The notes under the pieces were generated by a model. It searched no databases and was not told the origin of the DNA. It saw only the letters and a list, made by a program, of their open reading frames with translations. 64,000 bases of DNA, taken from positions 1,240,001 through 1,304,000 of the forward strand of contig NW_027361869.1 of assembly GCF_039654945.1 (NCBI RefSeq), written 5' to 3'. Positions within the stretch are counted from its first letter, which is position 1, and each line of letters starts with the position of its first letter. The position numbers and the translations under genes are program-made. Source of the stretch: Dendrobates tinctorius (Eukaryota). This document shows positions 47,223-60,000 of the stretch, in pieces.

Positions 47223-48193
47223 TGTTAGGGACGGCAGAACGCACTAAATATAAAATAATAGAAAGTGCATTCGCTGCCCGGGATCCACCGTGCAGAGGTG
47301 TTAAACTGTTGCTATGTAATGGCAGACGCACAATATGGCAGTATAGCACACGCGGGTTGAACGTCACCTGGTGTGTGCTGGCGAGCTCTGTAAAGTTCAC
47401 AGAGGCGCCTACGGCATAAACATAAATGCCGAGCCTGTTGACCTCACAGGTCTCAGCAGTGTGCATGCACGGTGTATGGTCACAGGACTCGGGCCCAAGA
47501 CACAGGGTCAGTGTCCATCTAGACCTACCGTGCGTGCGGCTTCGCTACCACGGATGCCAAAAAGTGCTGCTGACTGCAGCGCAGCGACTGACACAGCCGC
47601 TATATGACAATGCCCAAGAGGGGGCGCACTGTCGGACGCTAGTTCTGTGGAGATATGCACGGTGGCCTGTAGCTTGCCACTGACTGGCGCTGATTCTATA
47701 ACTAAGTCCCTATCCACACACGTAATATCAGAGGGAGTGAATCTTAATGAGTCATTCGCAGGTTCATGCATCCATCATCATTCACACAGATAGCAACTAG
47801 AGTCTATACTAGCGCATGGCCGAGAGGCCATGCAAACCTTTTATAGCCAGGACCTTCCGGAAGCTTCCAGATCCTTGAGATGGACCAATCAGATCTGGAG
47901 AAGGACCTGGGCATGTGATTCCCGACCTCCAATGGGAGATCGTCTCGTGAGCATGCTCAGTGGAGCGACAGAAGGACTTAGCCTCTGGAGTAGTTTGCTG
48001 CTGAACAGCCTGCATTGCTATTGCTGGCCCAAAGGTGGCAGCAACAGCCAGACCCACAGAGCAGGTCTGGGCCGAGCGTCAGGAACGACGGGGCTGCTGA
48101 GCAAGCTCCTCTGCGGTCGATGGGGAATGGGAGACCGCAGAATGTGAGGCTCTGGATTGCTGCTCTGCCGCTGCAGGAACCCGACGCCTAACA
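47223..48193 (-). mobile_element. Solo LTR inserted in a (TA)n tract
   Basis: TGTTAGG...CCTAACA termini, (TA)n on both sides, minus-strand TATAAAA at 47839-47845, no coding capacity. Confidence 0.7.
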
Positions 48194-48211
48194 TATATAT
48201 ATATATATATA

Positions 48212-50994
48212 CAGCGGGTGAAATAAGTATTGAACATGGGGACAGTTTTCTAAGTAAATATATTTCTAAATGTGCTATTGACATGAGATTCTCATCAGAT
48301 GTCGGTAACAACCCATCCAATCCGAGAAGTCAAACCATAGATGTCAGACTAACCTGATCAGCTTCTATAAGGATGTAAGCGCTCAAATGGACCAAGGAGA
48401 ATCATTGGATGTCACTTATCTCGACTTCTCTAAAGCATTTGACACTGTCCCACATAAAAGATTGGTAAGTAAGATGAGAAAGCTTGGGCTAGGGGAAAAT
48501 GTGTGTAGATGGGTAGGTAACTGGCTTAGTGATAGAAAACAAAGAGTGGTTATTAATGGGGCATCCTCAGATTGGGCCAGGGTTACTAGTGGGGTACCAC
48601 AGGGTTCTGTATTGGGCCCCCCTACTATTTAATATATTAATGATCTAGTGGATGGCTTACACAGTAAAATATCAGTATTTGCAGATGATGCAAAACTATG
48701 TAAGGTAGTTAACACAAAGGAGGACAGTTTGCAACTACTGACAGATTTGAGTAAATTGGAGAATTGGGCTGAAAAATGGCAAACGAGGTTTAACACAGAT
48801 AAGTGTAAGGTTATGCACATGGGAAGGAGAAACAGATGCTACAATTACTTACTAAATGGGAAACTGCTGGGGAAATCAGACATGGAAAAAGACTTAGGCA
48901 TCTTAGTCAATAAGAAGCTAAATTGGAGTGCCCAGTGTCAGGCAGCTGCCACCAAAGCAAATAGGGTCATGGGATGTATTAGAAGAGGTCTGGGGACACG
49001 AGATGAAAACATAATTCTCCCTCTGTACAAATCACTCGTCAGACCACACTTGGAGGATTGTATGCAATTTTGGACGCTGGTGCTCAAGAAAGACATTACT
49101 GAACTTGAAAGGGTTCAAAGGCGGGCTACTAAAATGATAAATGGAGTTGGTTCACTACAATACCCAGAAAGGTTATCAAAATTAGGTCTATTTACTCTAG
49201 AAAAGAGAAGACTTAGGGGAGACCTAATATATATGTACAAGTATATCAGAGGGCAATACAGAGATCTCTCCAATGAACTGTTTGTACCAAGGACTGTGAC
49301 AAGAACAAGGGGGCATTCTCTTCGTTTGGAGGAAAGACAATTTCTGCACCAGCATAGAAGAGGGTTCTTCACGGTAAGAGCAGTGAGGCTCTGGAATTCT
49401 CTTCCTGAGGAAGTGGTGATGGCCAACTCACTGAATGTAAGAAAGGAATGAATGCTTTTCTTGTGAGTAACCGTATAGAAGGTTACGAATAACAGAATAT
49501 TATAGGTAGATGGTTGACCCAGCTTAGGGGAAGGAATTTTTTCCCTATGGAGAAAATTCGCTTCTACTCTGTGGGTTTTTTTTTGCCTTCCCCAGGATCA
49601 ACAATGCAGAACACCTGCACTAAAAATAGGCTGAACTAGATGGACATAAGGTCTTCCTTCAGCCTTCAAAACTATGTTACTATGTCCATAAATTAAGTTA
49701 TGTGTAATAGTGAGAAATCACACAGGGAAAAAGTATTGAACACACTGAAATGTAATTCGTACTTTGTACAAAAGCCTTTGCTGGTGATTAAACTTCAAGA
49801 CACCTCCCGTATAGAGCAACTAGTCGCAGGCATTGCTCAGGTGGGATTTTGGCCCATTCTTCCACACAAATAGTCTTTACATCCTGATGGTCCCTGGTGT
49901 CTCCTTCTATGTACTCTGAGCTTTAGTTCCTTCCATACATTTTCTCTTGGATTCATGTCCGGTGATCGGCTTGGCCATTCCCGCAGCTTTATTTTCTTTC
50001 TCTAAAACCAATTGAGAGTTTCCTTGGCTGTGTGTTTGGGATCATTGTTTTGATGAAATGTCCACCCTCGTTTCATCTTCATCATCCTGGTAGATGGCAG
50101 CAGATTTTTATCAAGGATTTATCGGTTAATTTGTCCATTCATCCTTCCTTCAGTTATATGACGTTTGCCAGTGCAGTTCAATTTTGTTCTCATCTGACCA
50201 GATTATATTCTCCCAGTATGTCACAGGTTTTTGTAGAGCAAACTTTAATGGCAATTGAACATGTGTTATGTTCAGAAATAGAGTCTTGCGTGGTCAGCGT
50301 GCATACCGGTCATGGAGGTTCCATTATTTATAGTGTTCTTTGAAACAATTGTACCTGCTGACTCCAGGTCTTTCTATATCTCTCCACAGGTGGTCCTTGG
50401 CTCTTGGACAAGTCTTGTGATTCTTTTAACTACTCTGTCTGAAATCTTGTGGGGAGTACCTGGCCATGGCCGGTTTATGGTAAAATTATGTTCTTTCCAC
50501 TTCTGGATTAGGGCCCCAACAGTGATCAATGGAACCTTCAGTATTTTGAAATTCTTCTGTAACCAATTCCATCAGTATGTTTTGCAACAATAAGGTTGCA
50601 AAGGTCTTAAGACAGCTCACTTGTTTTACCCATCAAGAGATGCTTCTCTCTCGTAATGAGAATACCTTTTTACAGGTCATCAGTTTAACCAACTGATATT
50701 ATTTTTCACTAAGTGGCAGGATTGCTTTTTAATTACTGATAGATTTCAGCTGGTGTCAGGAATTTCCATGGCTTCTTGCGCCTCTCTTTCTTGATGTGTT
50801 TAATCCTTTTTTCCCTGTGTCATTTCTCATTATTACACATAACTTAGTTTATGGACATCTCTGGATTGATTTCTTTGCCTGTGTAGATTGAATGGGTTAT
50901 TACCGACACCTGGTGAGAATTTCATGTCAATAGCACCTGTAGAAATATAATTGCTTAGAAAATCAATGACATGTTCAACACTAATTTCACTAAT

Positions 50995-50996
<2 letters not shown>
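48212..50996 (-). mobile_element. Degenerate Tc1-like transposon (long TIRs) interrupted by a CR1 LINE
   Basis: Termini CAGCGGGTGAAATAAGTATTGAACA / TGTTCAACACTAATTTCACTAATTG in TA runs. The left TIR resumes after 49686. Decayed minus-strand transposase-like sequence at 49750-50640. Confidence 0.8.
48346..49681 (+). mobile_element. 5'-truncated CR1 LINE (ORF2 RT C-terminal part plus 3' UTR)
   Basis: YLDFSKAFDTV, SGVPQGSVLGP, FADD, LERVQRRATK, LEKRRLRGDLI, WNSLP, with a frameshift near 48630. 3' tail ACTATGTTACTATGT. ATGTC is duplicated at both junctions (48341-48345, 49682-49686). Confidence 0.93.

Positions 50997-51002
<6 letters not shown>

Positions 51003-51036
<34 letters not shown>
51003..51036. 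repeat. (TA)n microsatellite
   Basis: Direct reading. Confidence 0.95.
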
Positions 51037-51038
<2 letters not shown>

Positions 51039-51772
51039 GCTGTCTGCACTTCTCGAATATATTTATTTAGGGCACATTTTGCATAAAATCTGTGTGTTCT
51101 CAGTTCATGCCCACAGAGCCTATTTATGAGTGAACGATGACGCTACAATTCTGTGCCATGGAGTGGAATACCGCACAGGTCTGTTATGTGAAAGCCAAGG
51201 GCTCCCCTTGCTGGAGATTGTGTGATACTGCAGGGCTGACTGTAGCTTCTCTGCTGCCTGAGGCGAAAATTGAAATGGCGACCCTTCCCGCAGTACAATA
51301 TAAACCTGCAGTGAAAAAATGCAATTACGTCATTGTTTCTTGGGGTTTTGCTTTTAAGGTATTCATTTTATGCTAAACGTGACCTGTGAACATGATTTTC
51401 CATGTCAGTGCGATTACGGCAATATCAAACTTTCATATATATTTTTTTAAAGTTGGGTTTGTAATGCCATTTTTTTTAACACCTTTGTATTATAAAGTCT
51501 ATAGTACTACAAAAGGACTCTGTGTTTTTTTCATGGGGAGCTGATGATTTTATTGATACCAATTTAGATACGTATGATATTTTTATAATTTTTTTTAGGG
51601 AGGAAAGGTGACAAAAAAACTTATTGTGGTATATCGATCCCTCCTGTCCTTTATCATACAGGATAATCAGTTTTACATTTTGAACATTTCGAAAGACCAA
51701 ACGTTTATGAATGTGTCCTTATCAAATATATAACATTTTTATTTAATTTATTTGTTTCTAATGGGGGAATTC

Positions 51773-52267
51773 AGCACCAGAACCATCATCAGTATATTAG
51801 TATAGCACCAGAATCATCACCAGTACATCACCAGAACCATCATCAGTACATGAATACATCACCAGAACCATCATCAGTATATTAGTATAGCACCAGAATC
51901 ATCACCAGTACATCACCAGAACCATCATCAGTACATGAATACATCACCAGAACCATCATCAGTATATTAGTATAGCACCAGAATCATCACCAGTACATCA
52001 CCAGAACCATCATCAGTACATGAATACATCACCAGAACCATCATCAGTATATTAGTATAGCACCAGAATCATCACCAGTACATAACCAGAACCATCATCA
52101 GTACATGAATACATCACCAGAACCATCATCAGTATATTAGTATAGCACCAGAATCATCACCAGTACATCACCAGAACAATCATCAGTACATGAATACATC
52201 ACCAGAACCATCATCAGTACATGAATACATCACCAGAACCATCATCAGTATATTAGTGTAGCACCAG
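51773..52267. repeat. Compound tandem repeat, ~102-bp higher-order unit built from CACCAGAACCATCATCAGTA sub-units
   Basis: About 4.5 near-identical copies, followed by a degenerate ~30-bp repeat to about 52520. Confidence 0.92.
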
Positions 52268-53137
52268 ACTTCTCCATTCTGTCTGCCACAAGCTGCTGCT
52301 GTCCATATTGTTCCCCACACACTGTTGCTTCTAAATACTGTCCCCCACAAGCTTCCTCTCTCCATACTATGCACCCAACAAGCTTCCCCTTGCCATAATA
52401 TCCCTCACAGGCTGCTCCTCTCCAGACTGTGCCCCCCAAAGCTGCCCCTTTTCATACTGTTCCCCACAAGATGCCCATACATAGTATGTACCCCCCCCCA
52501 AACTGCTACTCTCCATACATTCCCTATATTCTTCTCCGGCCATTGCTCATGCTGATGAGCAAATGTCGCACAGAAGGATTACGGCGTTGAAAACTATGGA
52601 TTCTTTCAACTTCGGACAGGTGAGGGAGATTTTTTTTTCATTTTTGATTGTTTACAGGGGACAGTGGCTTGAGGAGATTAGGTGTTAAGGTGACTCTAAT
52701 GTGATTATTTTATTCTTCATTTTACACTTGAATACAACTCTCAAAATTGTCCCCTGGTCACGCTGATCGGAGGCAGAGCAGGAGACATTGATGTGAGCTG
52801 TCATCAGCATCCGGCGCCTAAGAATATCGCAAACTGTCTTGGTTTTTCTTAGGTGCCGGTACGTGTGATATTGATGCAGCACGCAGGCAGCACACAGTTG
52901 CCACACATATGGCACACGTATGAGACACAACACGTACATATGGACACGGATATCTCGAATATCTCCAGTACTAGTTATTCCAATACTGGAAATATCAGGA
53001 CGTGTGAAAGAGCCCTAACACATTATTTTTCAACACTCGTTCAAAACATTACATGCATAAACCTTCATAACAATATAGAACAACACTACCTGAGATGCAG
53101 AATCTCAGAACGGGAAGGTATATGTATGCTATAAATA

Positions 53138-54787
53138 CAGTCATATGTTAAAGTTTGGGCACCCCTATTAATGTTAACCTTTTTTCTTTATCACAATTTT
53201 GGTTTTTGCAACAGCTATTTCAGTTTCATATATCTAATAACTAATGGACTCAGTTATATTTCTGGATTCAAATGAGGTTTATTGTACTAACAGAAAATGT
53301 GCAATCTGCATTTAAACAAAATTTGACCGGTGCAAAAGTATGGGCACCCTTATCATTTTCTTGATTTGAACACTCCTAACTACTTTTTACTGACTTCCTG
53401 AAGCACTAAATTGGTTTTGTAACCTCATTGAGCTTTGAACTTCATAGCCAGGTGTATCAAATCATGAGAAAAGGTATTTAAGGTGGCCACTTGCAAAGTA
53501 GTTCTCCTATTTGATTCTCCTATGAAGAGTGGCATCATGGGCTCCTCAAAACAACTCTCAAATGATCTGAAAACAAAGATTATTCAACATAGCTTTTCAG
53601 GGGAAGGATACAAAAAGTTGTCTCAGAGATTTAACCTGTCAGTTTCCACTGTGAGGAACATAGTAAGGAAATGGAAGAACACAGGTACAGTTCTTGTTAA
53701 GCCCAGAAGTGGCAGACCAAGAAAAATATCAGAAAGGCAGAGAAGAAGAATGCTGAGAACAGTCAAGGACAATCCACAGACCACCTCCAAAGACCTGCAG
53801 CATCATCTTGCTGCAGATGGTGTCACTGTGCATCGGTCAACAATACAGCGCACTTTGCACAAGGAGAAGCTGTATGGGAGAGTGATGCGAAAGAAGCCGT
53901 TTCTGCAAGCACGCCACAAACAGAGTCGCCTGAGGTATGCAAAAGCACATTTGCACAAGCCAGTTACATTTTGGAAGAAGGTCCTGTGGACTGATGAAAC
54001 AAAGATTGAGTTGTTTGGTCATACAAAAAGGCGTTATGCATGGAGGCTAAAAAACACAGCATTCCAAGAAAAACACTTGCTACCCACAGTAAAATTTGGT
54101 GGAGGTTCCATCATGCTTTGGGGCTGTGTGGCCAATGCCGGCAGCGGGAATCTTGTTAAAGTTGAGGGTCGCATGGATTCAACTCAGTATCAGCAGATTA
54201 TTGACAATAATGTGCAAGAATCAGTGACGAAGTTGAAGTTACGCAGGGGATGGATATTTCAGCAAGACAATGATCCAAAACACCGCTGCAAATCTACTCA
54301 GGCATTCATGCAGAGGAACAATTACAATGTTCTGGAATGGCCATCCCAGTCCCCAGACCTGAATATCATTGAACATCTGTGGGATGATTTGAAGCGGGCT
54401 GTCCATGCTCGGCAACCATCAAACTTAACTGAGCTGGAATTGTTTTGTAAACAGGAATGGTCACAAATACCTTCATCCAGGATCCAGGAACTCATTAATA
54501 GCTACAGGAAGCGACTAGAGGCTGTTATTTTTGCAAAAGGAGGATCTACGAAATATTAATGTCACTTTTATGTTGAGGTGCCCATACTTTTGCACTGGTC
54601 AAATTTTGTTTAAATGCAGATTGCACATTTTCTGTTAGTACAATAAACCTCATTTCAATCCAGAAATATAACTGAGTCCATAAGTTATTAGATATATGAA
54701 ACTGAAATAGCTGTTGTAAAAACCAAAATTGTTATAAAGAAAAAAGGTTAACATTAATAGGGGTGCCCAAACTTTAACATATGACTG
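53138..54787 (+). mobile_element. Full-length Tc1-family transposon with IR/DR-type ~210-bp TIRs and TA TSD
   Basis: TA|CAGTCATATGTTAAAGTTTGGGCACCCC ... GGGGTGCCCAAACTTTAACATATGACTG|TA. Inner direct repeats AAAAGTATGGGCACC lie at the inner TIR ends. Confidence 0.97.
53537..54559 (+). CDS. Tc1 transposase, intact, 340 aa, DD34E
   Basis: Paired-like HTH, GRPRK, WTDETK, QQDNDPKH, WPSQSPDLNIIE (34 residues between the second D and E), GGSTKY*. No stops or frameshifts. Confidence 0.93.
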   Translation: MGSSKQLSNDLKTKIIQHSFSGEGYKKLSQRFNLSVSTVRNIVRKWKNTGTVLVKPRSGRPRKISERQRRRMLRTVKDNPQTTSKDLQHHLAADGVTVHRSTIQRTLHKEKLYGRVMRKKPFLQARHKQSRLRYAKAHLHKPVTFWKKVLWTDETKIELFGHTKRRYAWRLKNTAFQEKHLLPTVKFGGGSIMLWGCVANAGSGNLVKVEGRMDSTQYQQIIDNNVQESVTKLKLRRGWIFQQDNDPKHRCKSTQAFMQRNNYNVLEWPSQSPDLNIIEHLWDDLKRAVHARQPSNLTELELFCKQEWSQIPSSRIQELINSYRKRLEAVIFAKGGSTKY

Positions 54788-55291
54788 TATATTAAAATAT
54801 TTAATCTTTATTATAGATTTATATCAATAAAGTAAATTTAAAATGACAAGCAGGGATTTCCTAATTGTAGCAACCAATAATAAACAGAACTTCATATTGA
54901 GATATGCATGCTGTACGAGACAAAAGGTGTTTGCACAAATCTAAAAGAAGGAGAGTATAATTGTTATTATTCATGAAAAAGTTCAAAACAAAATAAATAA
55001 AAATTAATAAAGTAGACTGATATAGGACTCAATGTACTAATAAAGTGCAGGTGCTGTTATATTCACAAAGTCTCACCCTCTAGTTATTATTTATCTAATT
55101 GGACGTATGAGTGCCTGTAAGTAGGTAAGACAACCATAATTACAAAATGTGGGATAAAGTGCAGATGCCTTTAAAAAAGGGAAGGTCAAAGAGTGTAATA
55201 TAAAGTAAAGTGCAAGTGCTGCTTATATTCATAATGTCTCACCCTCTTAAAATTTTTGGCACCCGATTGCCTACAGGTAAGTAGGGCAACC

Positions 55292-56114
55292 TGTTGTGAG
55301 TTCATTTTCCCCTTCACCGTCGATGTCTGATGAACTCCCTCTTCTGGTGAAGGAAGGTAGTGAGGCTGATTACCAAACACCTGATCTGGTAGATGATGAC
55401 TGGGTAACAGGAAATTCTGACTGGATATAAGGCAGCCGACGCCCTTCTGAGTCGCTGGTGATTTCTCTGCTGGATTCTTGGAGACCAGTCTGGTTCCTGC
55501 TTCCCAAAGATAAGTTTTTGCTCTGCTATTGAACTTATTAGTTTTGCTTTGTTTACCTTGTTTTTTGGAGTTCAGCCATCCCCGGTCGGGGGTGTGCTGA
55601 GTTCCATTTTTGTCTCTGATCAGTTTTTCTCTTTGCTCTGTCTTCAGAATTTGCCTGAGTGCTGATATAGTCTTTTTGAAGTCCTAGCGACTTCAGGGCC
55701 TGTTTTTCCTATCAGACGGTTGGGACATTTTTTGGTAGGGTTTTTTACGGATTGCAGACAGCAGCTTTTCTATCCTGTCCTTTTTAGTTAGCTTGGGCCC
55801 CATCGTTTGCTCAACCTATCTTTCTATCTGTGTTAGTGTTTTCATCTTGCTTCACCGTCATTATATGTTGGGGGCTGCCTATTGCTTTGGGGTCTGCTCT
55901 GGGGCAGTTTACATTTCCCCTTTCTTTCTTTAGGCGTATTTAGTTCTCCGGCTGTGATCGAGGGGTCTAGGGCATCGTAGGAACCCCCCACGGCTACTGT
56001 TAGTTGTTGTGGATAGGATCAGGGGTCTGCAATCCGATAGCTACCAACCTCTCCGGTTTTCTGGACTTAGCTTGTATTTTTGCTTTTTCCTCCTTCGGTG
56101 AGTCATTCATAACA
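55292..56114 (+). repeat. 5' LTR
   Basis: TGTTGTGAG...TCATAACA; TATAA at 55426. Confidence 0.95.
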
Positions 56115-56269
56115 GAATCACCAGCCATACCGCAGATTCTAGGGTACTCAATAGCAGGAGAGAATTGTAAAAAAAAAAAAAAGAGTTTGTCAGAATATAT
56201 ATATTTTTTTGTGTATATTTTTTCCTCTATGTCTCTGAGGCCGTAGGGGGAATTTTTTTTTCTTGCTCA

Positions 56270-57022
56270 ATGGAGATGAAGCAATTGTCTGATCGTGTGG
56301 AGCAGCTCACTGCTGAAGTGCGGGGAATTTCCGCCTATCTTGCTCATTCACATGCTGCTGAACCAAAGATTCCTACTCCTGATGTGTTTTTTGGGGATCG
56401 GTCTAAATTTTTGAATTTTAAGAATAATTGTAAATTATTTTTTGCCTTGAAGCCTAACTCGTCGGGGAGCTCAGCGCAGCAGGTTAAAATTGTCATCTCT
56501 TTGCTGCGCGGCGATCCCCAAGATTGGGCGTTTTCTTTGAAACCTGATGATCCTATTCTTACTAATGTGAACGCATTTTTTCAAGCCTTGGGGTTGTTTT
56601 ATGATGAACCTAAAGCTATTGATCAGGCTGAAAAGGCCCTGTTGGCATTGAGCCAGGGTCAGGATTCTGCAGAGTTGTACTGTCAAAAATTCCGAAAGTG
56701 GGCGGTCCTTACTACCTGGAATGATGGTGCCTTGGCAGCTCTCTTTCGGAAGGGTTTGTCAGAAACCGTAAAAGATACTATGGTGGGATTTCCTGTTCCC
56801 TCTGGTCTGGACGATTCTATGTCATTAGCCATTCAGGTTGATCAGCGTTTGCGTGAACGCAAGACCGCACGAGAGGTGTTGCCACCTGTTGAACAAATGT
56901 CTGAACCTATGCAATGTGATAGAGTTTTGTCTAGGGCGCAACGTCAGGAGTTCAGAAGGCGTAATAAGCTGTGTTTCTTCTGTGGTGATGCCTCGCATAT
57001 TATTTCTGTCTGCCCTAAATGA
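56270..57022 (+). CDS. Gag (PEG10/RTL1-like capsid plus CCHC zinc knuckle)
   Basis: EPKIPTPDVFFGDRSKF, ISLLRGDPQDWA, LSQGQDSAELYCQKF, CFFCGDASHIISVC. Confidence 0.88.
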   Translation: MEMKQLSDRVEQLTAEVRGISAYLAHSHAAEPKIPTPDVFFGDRSKFLNFKNNCKLFFALKPNSSGSSAQQVKIVISLLRGDPQDWAFSLKPDDPILTNVNAFFQALGLFYDEPKAIDQAEKALLALSQGQDSAELYCQKFRKWAVLTTWNDGALAALFRKGLSETVKDTMVGFPVPSGLDDSMSLAIQVDQRLRERKTAREVLPPVEQMSEPMQCDRVLSRAQRQEFRRRNKLCFFCGDASHIISVCPK

Positions 57023-60000
57023 GAGAAACGTTTTGCACACACATTTGCTGTGGGTGGTGTTCAACCTACGTTTCTTCTGGCAATTACTCTGATCTGCTCC
57101 CTGTCCACATTTTCCGCTAAGGTTTTTGTGGATTCGGGAGCATCTCTGAACCTGATGGACTTGGATTTTGCTAAACGTTGTGGATTTCCTATGACACCTC
57201 TGCGGACACCTATCCCTTTGAGGGGTATTGATGCTACTCCTTTGGCGAAGAATAAACCTCAGTTTTGGACCCAGGTGGTAATGCGGGTCGCCCCAGACCA
57301 TCAAGAGAATTGCAGATTTTTGGTGTTGCATAATTTGCATGATACCATTGTTCTGGGGTTTCCCTGGTTGCAAATCCATAATCCAGTTTTGGATTGGAAA
57401 TCTGTGTCTGTGGTGAGTTGGGGTTGTCGGTGTGCCCTTGGTGATGCTCCTGTTTTCTCCACCTCTCCCCAGTCGCATGATGTTCCTGACTATTTGACTG
57501 ATTTTTATGATGTATTTAGTGAGAATGAGTCTGCGTCTTTGCCTCCTCATAGGAGTTATGACTGTGCAATTGAGCTGAGCCCTGGGTGTAAATTTCCCAA
57601 GGGTCGACTTTTCAATTTATCTGTACCCAAGCACGAGGCTATGCGATCCTATATTAAGGAGTCGTTGGAGAAGGGTCATATTAGACCATCCTCTTCACCC
57701 TTAGGTGCTGGGTTTTTTTTCGTGGCTAAGAAAGATGGGTCATTAAGGCCTTGTATTGACTATCGTTCCCTCAACAAAATTACTGTTAAATATCAGTATC
57801 CGTTACCCCTGATTTCTGATCTATTCTCCAGAGTTAAAGGTGCTTGCTGGTTTACCAAGCTTGACCTCAGGGGGGCGTATAATCTTATTCGCATTAAGCA
57901 TGGGGATGTATGGAAGACGGCGTTTAATACTCCGGAGGGACATTTTGAGTACCTGGTGATGCCTTTTGGGCTCACTAATGCCCCTTCTGTCTTCCAGTGC
58001 TTCATGAATGATATTTTCCGAGACTTGGTGGATAAATTTTTGATCATCTATCTGGATGATATTTTGATCTTTTCCAAGGATTGGGATTCTCATGTGGAAC
58101 ATGTTCGGACTGTGTTCCGGATCTTGAGGGAGAATTCCCTGTATGTCAAAGGATCGAAATGCCTTTTTGGTGTACAGAGGATTTCATTTTTGGGATTTAT
58201 TTTGTCTCCGTCAACTATTGAAATGGACCCGGCCAAGGTACAGGCCATTTATGATTGGGTTCAGCCCACTTCTTTGAAGGCCCTCCAGAAGTTTTTGGGT
58301 TTTGCTAATTTTTATCGTAAATTTATAGCTAATTTTTCTGGTATTGCCAAATTATTGACTGATTTGACTAAGAAGGGTGCTGATGTGCTGAATTGGTCTC
58401 CGGAGGCTGTTTCTTCCTTTCAGGAGCTGAAGCGAAGGTTCACTTCTGCTCCGGTTTTGCGGCAAGCTGATGTCTCACTCCCGTTTCAGGTAGAGGTGGA
58501 CGCTTCTGAGATTGGTGCAGGAGCTGTTTTGTCCCAAAAGATCCTGTAACATCTAAAATGAATCCCTGTGCTTTCTTTTCCCGAAAGTTCTCCCCATCCG
58601 AACGTAACTATGATGTGGGGAATCGGGAACTGTTAGCCATGAAATGGGCATTTGAGGAGTGGAGACATTGGTTGGAGGGAGCTAAACATCAAGTCGTGGT
58701 CCTTACTGACCACAAGAATTTGATTTACCTGGAGTCGGCCAAATGCTTGAATCCTAGACAGGCTAGGTGGGCCTTGTTTTTCACACATTTTGATTTTGTG
58801 GTCTCTTTTCTTCCGGGCACTAAGAATGTCAAGGCAGACGCCCTCTCTAGGAGTTTCTTTGCTGATTCTCCTGTTGTGACCAAGCCTGCTACCATCTTAG
58901 GTGAGGGGGTAGTTCTTTCTGCCATCTCGCCCGATTTGAGACGTGCTCTGGAAGAGTTTCAGGAGGACAAACCTGAGCGTTGTCCCATTGGAAAATTGTA
59001 TGTTCCTGACCAGTGGAGGAAGAGAGTGATGTCTGAAGTTCATTGCTCTGCATTGGCTGGTCATCCAGGTATTTTTGGTACTAGAGATTTGGTGAGTCGG
59101 TCTTTTTGGTGGCCCGCCTTGTCTCATGATGGCAGGAATTTTGTGCAGTCCTGTGGGACTTGCTCTCGGTCTAAACCTTGTTCTCGCTCTAGTGGGTTGT
59201 TGATGCCTTTGCCGGTGCCCAGGAAGCCATGGACCCATATTTCAATGGATTTTATCTCTGATATGCCTGTCTCTCAGAGAATGACTGTTATTTGGGTGAT
59301 TTGTGATAGATTCTCTAAGATGGTCCATCTTGTACCACTCCCTAAGTTGCCATCTTCCTCAGAGTTGGTGCCCTTGTTTTTGCAACAGGTGGTTCGCTTG
59401 CACGGGATTCCTGAGAACATTGTATCTGACAGAGGAGTGCAGTTTGTGTCTAGATTTTGGAGGACTTTCTGTTCCAAGCTGGGAATTCAGTTGTCCTTCT
59501 CCCCTGCGCTTCACCCTCAGACCAATGGGCAGACGGAGAGAACAAACCAGACTTTGGAGTCGTATGTGAGATGTTTTATTTCTGCTGATCAGGATGATTG
59601 GGTTTCATTTTTGCCCTTGGCCGAATTTGCTTTAAATAATAGAGCTAGTTCTGCCACTTTGATGTCACCTTTTTTTTTGTAACTTTGGGTTTCATCCTCG
59701 ATTCTCTTCAGGGCAGGTGGAGCCTTCTGCCTGCCCAGGTGTTGACACTGTGGTGGAGAGAATGCACCAGATCTGGGACCAAGTGGTGGATAAGTTGTCT
59801 CTCTCCCAGGAAAAGGCCCAGAGGTTTTCCAACCGGCATAGGACCATTGGTCCCCAGTTTAAGGTGGGTGATATGGTTTGGTTGTCATCAAAGAAAATCG
59901 CTATGAAGGTGGCTTCTCCAAAGTTTAAACCAAGATTTATTGGACCATACAAGATTTTGGAGATTCTTAATCCAGTCTCTTTTCGATTGGCTCTTCCTGT

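Noticed and set aside
52545-52600. CTGATGA box
   Set aside because: It sits in a simple hairpin (TTGCTCAT/ATGAGCAA) without a correctly placed GAAA or stems.
53483-53536. N-terminal extension of the Tc1 ORF in the ORF track
   Set aside because: It starts at GTG. The ATG at 53537 gives the typical 340-aa length, though the ATG at 53522 cannot be excluded.
56270-58549. Possible domesticated PEG10/RTL1-like gene
   Set aside because: It is flanked by two near-identical LTRs with PBS, PPT and TSD, and pol is disrupted, so it is an ordinary recent retrotransposon.
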